Source of the DNA: a bacterium
Lineage (GTDB): Bacteria > Patescibacteriota > Minisyncoccia > Phycocordibacterales > CAIZLB01
DNA length: 61,350 bases
Reading direction: 5' to 3'
Assembly: GCA_031411135.1 (NCBI GenBank)
Contig: JANOAN010000004.1
Coordinates: 1-61,350 of the forward strand
A model generated the notes under the pieces. The model was given only the letters and a program-made list of their open reading frames with translations, ran no database searches and was not told the origin of the DNA. The translations under genes were made by a program, and so were the position numbers. Positions 53,471 to 61,350 of this stretch are shown piece after piece; position 1 is the stretch's first letter, and every line of letters starts with the position of its first letter.

Positions 53471-54436
53471 ATGCAAAACCTTTTATTGTCACTATCCTCT
53501 GACGCTGTCACTTCAATCGACCAACTTCTTCGCCGTGCTTGTATAGATGGAGCAAGTGATATCCATATGGATGTCCAGGATGAAAGAGGGTATATAAAAC
53601 TTCGTATAAATGGCAAGCTTTTTTACTATGCTGTCTGCGATCATTTTTTGTACTTAGGGATACTTGGAATTATAAAGTCACGAGCACACCTCAGAATTGA
53701 TATTCACGACAGAGGTCAAGACGGCTCTTTTGTGTTTTATCCGTATAAAAAAAGAAAGGTTTTCATTCGGGTCTCGATAAATCCGACTGTTCACGGTGAG
53801 GCGGTGGTGATGCGAATACTTGATCAATCAAAACTTGATATAAAAAGCCTTGATGATTTGGGAATGTCCAATGAATTAGTATCAAGAATAAGAGAATACA
53901 CCGATTTGGAAAATTCAATGATATTGATTTCAGGATCAACCGGATCTGGAAAAACCACTACTATGTATTCAATAATGTCAGAGCTTAATCCAGAATCAAT
54001 AGTCATTATTTCCTTAGAAGATCCCGTAGAAAGACACATTCCAAATATTAGGCAGGTTTCCATTAAGGCTGATTTTGGCTTTGGGTATGCGGATGCATTG
54101 CGCGTAGCCTTACGACAAGACCCAGATGTAATTGTTATAGGTGAAATTCGCGACAAGGAAACGGCTCAAATTGCTATAGAGGCAGCCTTAACAGGACATC
54201 TAATTATTGCAGGTATACATGGAAGGGACTCGGTCGATGTGGTTCTAAGATTAAAAAATTTAGGTGTTGATGAGTTTCTTATTTCGCAAACTTTGTCTTT
54301 GTCTATTCATCAAAAAATGATTTATGGAAATTCAAATACGAGGGTAAGTTTCTCTTACCTAGACTTTTTCAAAAATGGTAACGAAGATTTTCTAGAATTA
54401 AAAAAGCAAATGAAAAATGGCAATGTCAAAGAATAA
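53471..54436 (+). CDS. Type II/IV secretion-family assembly ATPase (PilB/GspE-like, short 321-aa form)
   Basis: Walker A SGSTGSGKTTT, Asp box, Walker B VIVIGEIRD and His box GHLIIAGIHG. No N-terminal GspE-N domain. Confidence 0.85.
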   Translation: MQNLLLSLSSDAVTSIDQLLRRACIDGASDIHMDVQDERGYIKLRINGKLFYYAVCDHFLYLGILGIIKSRAHLRIDIHDRGQDGSFVFYPYKKRKVFIRVSINPTVHGEAVVMRILDQSKLDIKSLDDLGMSNELVSRIREYTDLENSMILISGSTGSGKTTTMYSIMSELNPESIVIISLEDPVERHIPNIRQVSIKADFGFGYADALRVALRQDPDVIVIGEIRDKETAQIAIEAALTGHLIIAGIHGRDSVDVVLRLKNLGVDEFLISQTLSLSIHQKMIYGNSNTRVSFSYLDFFKNGNEDFLELKKQMKNGNVKE

Positions 54437-55454
54437 TGAAATTATCTATATTTTAGAAAACTTATGTTTCCTTTTGGATTCGGGGCTTTCAATTGTTGGG
54501 TGCTTAGATGTTATGTCTAAAAGAAATAAAAGTTTGCGAATTATAAAAATAAAACAAAGCATACAACAAGGTAGGTCGTTTAGGGATGCTATTCTTATTG
54601 CTTTTGATTCAAAAATTCCACATGTTATGGATATTTTTATTCAAATAGGGGAATCTTGTGGAAACTTGGGACAAATGATTCTAAAAGCTCTTGAAACAGA
54701 AAGGCAGATTAAAAAAATTAATAGCTCATTCTTCGGGGCTCTATCCTACCCATTATTCATCTGTGTCATTGCACTAATTATGATGCTTTTGACTATGATA
54801 GGAATTGTACCGAAACTTCTCCCAATGTTTCGTGATCTGCATGTTGAATTACCGTTTTATACGAGATTTTTTATGACTACTTCAAACATGATTATTAATT
54901 ACGGGATTTATATACTTACGTGTATTTGTTTTTTAGTAAGTTTATTTGGCTATTTTTATAAAAAGTCACAAGAGTTTCGAATAAAATTTGAAAATTTAAT
55001 ATTAAAAATATGGGGAATTAAGTCTCTATATATTAAATACCAAGTGTCGATTGTTGCGCTTTGCACTGCAGAGTATCTTCGTGCAGGATATGCGCTTCAC
55101 AATGCTTTAAAAATGGTGGGGGACTCAACCAGATCCTTTGCGTATAAACATGCTTGTTTTTCCATATCAGGCAATTTGCAGAAGGGTGATGAATTGTCAG
55201 AAGTAATAAAGATTTACGAAAATTTGTTCCCAGAATGGTCTCATGTTTTGGATTTTGCTGTTCAAACTGGTCGTTTGGCCGATCAGTTTGAAAGGTTTTA
55301 TCTAGAGAATGTTTTGCAATTAGAAAAAACCAACGTACATATTAAAAAATGGTCTGAACCAATCCTGATGTTGTTTATAGGTGGAATCATTGCCATTTTT
55401 GCTGTATCCATTATTAGCCCAATTTATAGTGTAGTTCAAAATGTACGAATATAA
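54417..55454 (+). CDS. PilC/GspF-family inner-membrane platform protein (345 aa)
   Basis: Two T2SS-F-like repeats and three TM segments. It overlaps the ATPase gene by 20 nt. Confidence 0.8.
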   Translation: MAMSKNNEIIYILENLCFLLDSGLSIVGCLDVMSKRNKSLRIIKIKQSIQQGRSFRDAILIAFDSKIPHVMDIFIQIGESCGNLGQMILKALETERQIKKINSSFFGALSYPLFICVIALIMMLLTMIGIVPKLLPMFRDLHVELPFYTRFFMTTSNMIINYGIYILTCICFLVSLFGYFYKKSQEFRIKFENLILKIWGIKSLYIKYQVSIVALCTAEYLRAGYALHNALKMVGDSTRSFAYKHACFSISGNLQKGDELSEVIKIYENLFPEWSHVLDFAVQTGRLADQFERFYLENVLQLEKTNVHIKKWSEPILMLFIGGIIAIFAVSIISPIYSVVQNVRI

Positions 55455-55812
55455 AAAAGGATTTACTTTGGTTGAAGTATTGTTGGTTATTGTTTTAATT
55501 ATTGCAATTTTTTCTATGGCAACTTCGATGCTAACTTCATTTTCAAGGCCTAATCAGAAATATGTCGAAAAGGACTTTGATGACATAAGAAGCATTTTAG
55601 GGCAGGTGAAATATCTAAAGTTTTTAGGAGAAGGCAATGTCAGCATTGATTGCAGTAATGGAAAAATAAAATTGCTTGTTGATAATCAGATTTTCGATGA
55701 AAAACAATTAAAAACTCTTACTTGTGAAAGTGATATGAGGTTTTCAAGTGCCTCGTCAACTTTTGAAGTAAAAATTAATCAATACGGATATGTGCTATTC
55801 CAAAGGATTTAG
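55441..55812 (+). CDS. Type IV pilin-like protein (123 aa)
   Basis: Class III signal MYEYKKG|FTLVEVLLVIVLIIAIF. Confidence 0.8.
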   Translation: MYEYKKGFTLVEVLLVIVLIIAIFSMATSMLTSFSRPNQKYVEKDFDDIRSILGQVKYLKFLGEGNVSIDCSNGKIKLLVDNQIFDEKQLKTLTCESDMRFSSASSTFEVKINQYGYVLFQRI

Positions 55813-56998
55813 TTTTATCGAAATTATTCTAGTACTGAGCCTCAGTTCTATGATAATTTTGATATTTATTCAAAACATCACATTTTCTACTAAGTTTTTA
55901 GAAAGTAATCCACAAGTATTGTTTTCAGAGGAGGGATTGCACATTACTAGTCGTGGATTAAGAGCAAACAATAATTTTATATTCACAGACTTGCCAAATA
56001 GTATTGGAAAAAGAGACTGTTCCCTTGATAATTTAGAAACTTTTCAAAATATTCAAATTCCTCCTTATGGAAATGTAAATCATGGAGAAGTAACAGCTAT
56101 CAATATTATGGGCCAATTGTTATTAGCAGGGATGAACTCTGCTACCTCGTCTGATCCAGATGTTTTGATTATTGATACCAGTAACTGGTCTGTTGTATCA
56201 AGTTTGAACACTGGCCCTGGTCTTGCGGGGATGGTTTTACAAGGTCACTATTTGCTTTTGGCGAATACGAGCGTGAACGCCCAATTTCAGGTTGTTGATA
56301 TTACTAATCCCACGTCCCCGATTTTGGTTGGGAGCTTAAAAATACCGGGCAGTACTTCATCTAATTCGAAGCGTAACCCAATAGTGACTTCGATTACTTC
56401 TAATAAAACCCATGATGGAAATGCGAGAATTTTTATTGGGACGCAAAAATCAGATTTAGGAGAAATTTTTATTGCAGACTTTAATGGAACAAGCTTATCT
56501 TTTATTGCTTCATATGATACAGGATCAGTAGTAAATGATGTCTTTTCAGATGCGACTGGTTTGTGGGCTACTAGTCCGTCTGACGATGAGCTCTTTCATT
56601 ATGATGCCAGTGGGACAAAGGATTATGTCTTTAATGCGAATGGTCAATCAGGGAATGGTAAAAGAATAGATATTTTAGGACAAGATTTTAAAATGCTAGG
56701 AAGAACTTTTGGTCACGAGGAGTTGGTTCAAATAGAAGGACGAGCACAAAAAATCGGTGGATCAATAAATGACTTGTTAATTAATGTGGATTCTAATGGG
56801 AAATTTTACGTTTTAATTCTTGCAAACATAAACGGAACGGCGCTCTTACAAATTTGGGGAACAATTAATTCTAAGTTAGACAAGCTAGTGAAATCAATCG
56901 TGTTGCCCGTACTATCAAATAGGATAGCGTGTGGTGATGGTGAGATTTTTATTGGAACTGCAAGCCCTTCTGCACCTTTTATTGTCTTAAAGCCATGA
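55790..56998 (+). CDS. Pilin-like protein fused to an LVIVD-repeat beta-propeller-like domain (402 aa)
   Basis: Class III signal MCYSKG|FSFIEIILVLSL. LVIVD-type repeats (GHYLLLANTSVNAQFQVVDITNPTSPILVGS; DVLIIDTSNWSVVSS). Confidence 0.7.
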   Translation: MCYSKGFSFIEIILVLSLSSMIILIFIQNITFSTKFLESNPQVLFSEEGLHITSRGLRANNNFIFTDLPNSIGKRDCSLDNLETFQNIQIPPYGNVNHGEVTAINIMGQLLLAGMNSATSSDPDVLIIDTSNWSVVSSLNTGPGLAGMVLQGHYLLLANTSVNAQFQVVDITNPTSPILVGSLKIPGSTSSNSKRNPIVTSITSNKTHDGNARIFIGTQKSDLGEIFIADFNGTSLSFIASYDTGSVVNDVFSDATGLWATSPSDDELFHYDASGTKDYVFNANGQSGNGKRIDILGQDFKMLGRTFGHEELVQIEGRAQKIGGSINDLLINVDSNGKFYVLILANINGTALLQIWGTINSKLDKLVKSIVLPVLSNRIACGDGEIFIGTASPSAPFIVLKP

Positions 56999-57429
56999 TA
57001 AGAAAAAAGGGCTTTACGCTAATTGAAGTCTTGATTTCATTAAGTATATTTGCTTATGTTTTTTCAGCCTTAATAATCTTATTTTTTCAGTTTTCTAAAG
57101 GCACTACCAAGACAGAAAAGTGCTCTTCATTTTCCTTAATTCTAATTCAAAAGATCCTTACTGAATCTGATAATGTGATTGTGTCATTAGATGGAAGCGA
57201 AGTTATTTTGGATGATCAGACATTGTATAATGAACTCGAGACTTTACATCTTTTTAAAAACACAAAAATAGTAGATTTTCAAAAAAATAAAAGCGAATAT
57301 CAAATAGATTCTTGCAACGTTTTGTTTAGTAAAAACACAACCTCTACAAGTCCCTTACTAAATGTTCAAAAATGTATAAATATTAAGTACAAGCAAGGTA
57401 AGGCTAGTACTGTATGTGCTTTAAAATGA
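56995..57429 (+). CDS. Type IV pilin-like protein (144 aa)
   Basis: Class III signal MIRKKG|FTLIEVLISLSIFAYVF. ATGA overlap with the previous gene. Confidence 0.8.
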   Translation: MIRKKGFTLIEVLISLSIFAYVFSALIILFFQFSKGTTKTEKCSSFSLILIQKILTESDNVIVSLDGSEVILDDQTLYNELETLHLFKNTKIVDFQKNKSEYQIDSCNVLFSKNTTSTSPLLNVQKCINIKYKQGKASTVCALK

Positions 57430-57450
57430 ATATGCTAAAATATTATTGAA

Positions 57451-59088
57451 ATGATTCCAAGCACCCCCAACAGAAATACCAGCGCCTATGGAAGTGGTTC
57501 TTCTGGTTGGGTAACTAATAATGCTACAGCCCTTTCTCGTGAAAAAAGCTTTGCAAATGATGCAAATTCTGTTGAGCAAATGAGAATGGCTCATTTAAAG
57601 CAAGAACGCGATCGTGCTTTGCGAGAGGTCAACAAAGGTAAGCTTCAGGACAGAGAGAGACGTTTACAGATAGATAATGAAGAGATAAGGCACTTGGAAG
57701 TAGAAATTCGTAGATTAAGTCAGGAATCTGCTACTCTTCATAAAGAACTAGAAAATGTTCAGAAGAAAATAAATGAAACAGATAGTTCTGAAAAAAAGAC
57801 AGAAGGTGAAATTAAGTCTGTAAATAAAGAAATTAACGAAACCAGGACAAAGCTTTCGCTAGTAGAAAAAAAATCAAACGAGGATTTGAATAAGTTGAAT
57901 CGTGCAAAATTAGAAAGTCAAAAGGTGAATGATTTAATAAATTCCTTAAATGCCCAAGTTAATGCTGTCAAAAGAGATGTTGAATTAAAACATCGTCAAT
58001 CAGTCAACGACGGTGTAGAAGAAAAACATGCTGGAGACTTTGTTAAGTCATTGGAATCTCAGCTTTCGGCAACAAAAAGAGAACTAGAGGTAAAAACAAA
58101 AGAATTGTCAGCGGATGGTGATCAAGAAAAACGTGATAGTGATTTGATTAAGGCTCTCGAGGTTCAAATTGGTGCTGCAGAAAGAGATATTCAAACAAAA
58201 ACACAACAAACTTCAGGTTATTACGATAGTATTGCTCAAATTCGTGAAAAAGAGAGATCAATTGATTTAAAGAAAAACGAGACTGTCAGGTTGAATGTGG
58301 AAATCGGGAGGTTAGATTCAGAATTAGCTTCTCTACATTCGGAAGTAGCTAGGCTTCAAAAGAAAATTGCAGATCAAGAGACACTTATAAATAATACAAA
58401 GAATGATTTTAAAAAGAAACAAGAAGAAATTTCAAACGAGGAGCATTACCTGACAGAGTTCAGGAGGACATCAAGTGCAGATGAAGTGGCCACAAGACGT
58501 GCTCAAGAAGAAGTCAAAAAAGAAGTCATGCATGTTCAAGTACTAAAGCGACAGTTGGATGAAATTAAAAAGAAAAGCATGACAGAAAGTAGTGTCTCGA
58601 ATAGAGTTCAAGGTGAAATCAAAATTTTGGAAGATAAAATTAAATTTATTGAAAAACAAATGGATGAAGCTCGAAGAAAAGGTGGTGATTCTGGTACTAA
58701 AATTCAGCATACAAAAACCGAGACTCAGAGAATGCAAGATCAGATTCGAATCCTAGAAGCAGAGTTAATAAAAGCTCAACAAGATTTGGCGATTAAGAAC
58801 AGAGATCTTGTTCAGATCACTAATGAAATTGCTAAATTCAATGATGAATTGCATGCTGATCAATCAGTCTTGTCTCAAAAAAAGAAAATTGCCGAGCAGA
58901 GAGAGTTTGAAATAAAAAAACGTGAGAGCGATAAGTCATTCAAACTTCGAGATTTGGAAAATAAAAAAAGGGCTGTCAATGAAGTTGATATTAAGAAACA
59001 TAACTTAGAAATACAACTACAACAGCTGAAGAGAGACAGTGAGATTCTCCAAAAAGAGATGAAGGGTTTAACAGGGTTAGTTAGATAG
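57451..59088 (+). CDS. Long coiled-coil protein (545 aa) with no TM or signal sequence; last gene of the pilus operon
   Basis: Heptad-rich K/E/Q/L sequence throughout. Three ~35-aa tandem repeats (LNAQVNAVKRDVELKHRQ..., LESQLSATKRELEVKTKE..., LEVQIGAAERDIQTKTQQ...). Confidence 0.7.
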   Translation: MIPSTPNRNTSAYGSGSSGWVTNNATALSREKSFANDANSVEQMRMAHLKQERDRALREVNKGKLQDRERRLQIDNEEIRHLEVEIRRLSQESATLHKELENVQKKINETDSSEKKTEGEIKSVNKEINETRTKLSLVEKKSNEDLNKLNRAKLESQKVNDLINSLNAQVNAVKRDVELKHRQSVNDGVEEKHAGDFVKSLESQLSATKRELEVKTKELSADGDQEKRDSDLIKALEVQIGAAERDIQTKTQQTSGYYDSIAQIREKERSIDLKKNETVRLNVEIGRLDSELASLHSEVARLQKKIADQETLINNTKNDFKKKQEEISNEEHYLTEFRRTSSADEVATRRAQEEVKKEVMHVQVLKRQLDEIKKKSMTESSVSNRVQGEIKILEDKIKFIEKQMDEARRKGGDSGTKIQHTKTETQRMQDQIRILEAELIKAQQDLAIKNRDLVQITNEIAKFNDELHADQSVLSQKKKIAEQREFEIKKRESDKSFKLRDLENKKRAVNEVDIKKHNLEIQLQQLKRDSEILQKEMKGLTGLVR

Positions 59089-60579
59089 TAAACTTTCTCC
59101 TAGCATGAAATCAGGCTTTTTTATTTCCATAATATCAAGTATGGTTGGTGCAATGTCTGCTAGTGAACCTTTATCTTTCAAAATAATATTTTCTTTTGTA
59201 ACAATGGCAGGAACAGGATTGATAGTATGAGAAGTGTGTTTTATCCCAGTTTCCTGATCGACGTTTACTTCGGCATTTCCGTGATCGGCTGTAATAAATG
59301 CAACACCACCCCGTGTAATTAGTGCCTCAACTACGCGTCCTAACTGCAGATCCACCTCTTCAACTGCTTCAATAATCGCAGGAACATTAGCAGTGTGGCC
59401 AACCATGTCAGGATTTGCCCAGTTAATAAATATAAAATCTGTTCCATTGTTAATGTGTTCGATGGCTTTGTCTGCGATAGCATCTGCTCGCATTTTTGGA
59501 GCCTGATCGTGAGTCTGCACATCTTTTCTACTTGCGAGAAGTTCGTGTGATTCACCAGGGTATGGATTCTCAACTCCTCCGTTTAAAAAATACGTTGCAT
59601 GAGGAAATTTTTCAGTTTCAGCGATGTGGGCTTGGGTGTATCCTTTTAATGAAATCTCTTTTGCAAGTGTTGTGTCAATTTCAATAGAAGGGAAGGCAAC
59701 AAGGGTATCGTATTCAGTTCCATATGAAGTTAAAGTTGCGAACATGATATTTTGTGCATCACGTTTCTCCATGATTTTCTTTGAAAGCATCCTTGCCCGG
59801 TCGGCTCGGAAGTTGAAAAAGAAAACAGCGTCATTTTTCGAAATTTTCTCATCTTTTTGTAGGATGATCGGTTCCAAATGCTCATCCATTTTTCCTTCCT
59901 TATATAAGTTTTCAAGAAAGTCTGATGCTTTTATCTCACATATATTTCCATTAGATTCAAAAAGAGCCTGTTCAACTTTCGATAATCTATCCCAATTGTT
60001 ATCACGATCCATAGCGAAGAATCTTCCAGAAATTGTGGCTATAAAAGCCACTGGAATTTCTTGGAGAACTTCTTCTAATTCACGAATGTATTTTGCTGCA
60101 CTTTGTGGAGGAGTATCTCGCCCGTCGGTGAACAAATGAATCGCGACCTTTTTGATGTCATTCTTTTTAGCAGCACGTAGAAATGCAAAAAGGTGATCAG
60201 AATGAGCGTGAACCCCACCGTCACCTAGTAGTCCTTGGACGTGAAGGGTAGAGTTGTGCTTTTTAACATGATCAAACAGAGAAAGAAAAACTGGATTCTC
60301 ATCAAACTCACCTGATTGAATTGCTTTCTTGATTCTTACTAAGTCTGTGTCAATTGCACGTCCTGCACCAATTGTAGTGTGACCGATCTCACTATTTCCC
60401 ATTTGACCTTCAGGAAGTCCAACTGCAAGGCCGCTGGCTTCGAGTAATGTGTGAGGGAATTGCTTCCAATACTTATCGAAGTTGGGAGTTTTGGCTGCTG
60501 CGACTGCGTTGTCTTTGGTTTCTTCTCGGTATCCCCAGCCGTCGAGTACAATTAATAATGTTTGTGGACTTTTAGACAT
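59077..60579 (-). CDS. gpmI: 2,3-bisphosphoglycerate-independent phosphoglycerate mutase (500 aa)
   Basis: LIVLDGWGYRE, GNSEIGHTTIGAGR and ITADHGNAE. Confidence 0.96.
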   Translation of the reverse strand: MSKSPQTLLIVLDGWGYREETKDNAVAAAKTPNFDKYWKQFPHTLLEASGLAVGLPEGQMGNSEIGHTTIGAGRAIDTDLVRIKKAIQSGEFDENPVFLSLFDHVKKHNSTLHVQGLLGDGGVHAHSDHLFAFLRAAKKNDIKKVAIHLFTDGRDTPPQSAAKYIRELEEVLQEIPVAFIATISGRFFAMDRDNNWDRLSKVEQALFESNGNICEIKASDFLENLYKEGKMDEHLEPIILQKDEKISKNDAVFFFNFRADRARMLSKKIMEKRDAQNIMFATLTSYGTEYDTLVAFPSIEIDTTLAKEISLKGYTQAHIAETEKFPHATYFLNGGVENPYPGESHELLASRKDVQTHDQAPKMRADAIADKAIEHINNGTDFIFINWANPDMVGHTANVPAIIEAVEEVDLQLGRVVEALITRGGVAFITADHGNAEVNVDQETGIKHTSHTINPVPAIVTKENIILKDKGSLADIAPTILDIMEIKKPDFMLGESLLSN

Positions 60580-60581
60580 AA

Positions 60582-61350
<769 letters not shown>

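Overview
61.35-kb chromosomal segment of an AT-rich bacterium with short genes. By inference it is a Patescibacteria/CPR-like organism with a Gram-positive-type envelope. The supporting features are short UvrC, ThrRS and RpoB, a sortase with an LPXTG substrate, surface proteins anchored by peptidoglycan-binding domains, a minimal type IV pilus operon, and mostly SD-less or near-leaderless native genes. Core content: uvrB (partial), uvrA, uvrC, rnr, thrS, lepA, tRNA-Ala(UGC), rpsP-KH...trmD, rpoB-rpoC, dnaG-rpoD, a UvrD-type helicase-nuclease, MscS, DsbB and DsbA-like proteins, a DEDD exonuclease, VanY, hisS, and gpmI-eno (partial). Accessory content: a hicB-hicA pair; a wHTH regulator next to two coupled mini-ORFs (one missing from the ORF track); a 9-kb surface-protein island; and an IS30 element whose transposase carries a single in-frame TAG. 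There are also two promoter-to-terminator intergenic units that look like roughly 190-nt structured RNAs. The most unusual signal is a set of six discrete, visibly GC-richer single-gene or few-gene cassettes wedged between housekeeping operons. They cover 9 ORFs and include a canonical PEP-CTERM protein, an extra adenylate-kinase-like kinase, an ABC exporter and a JAB/MPN-like protein. Each ORF has its own GC-rich terminator, and some share near-identical terminator and leader modules. No CRISPR array, rRNA, prophage or alternative genetic code was seen.
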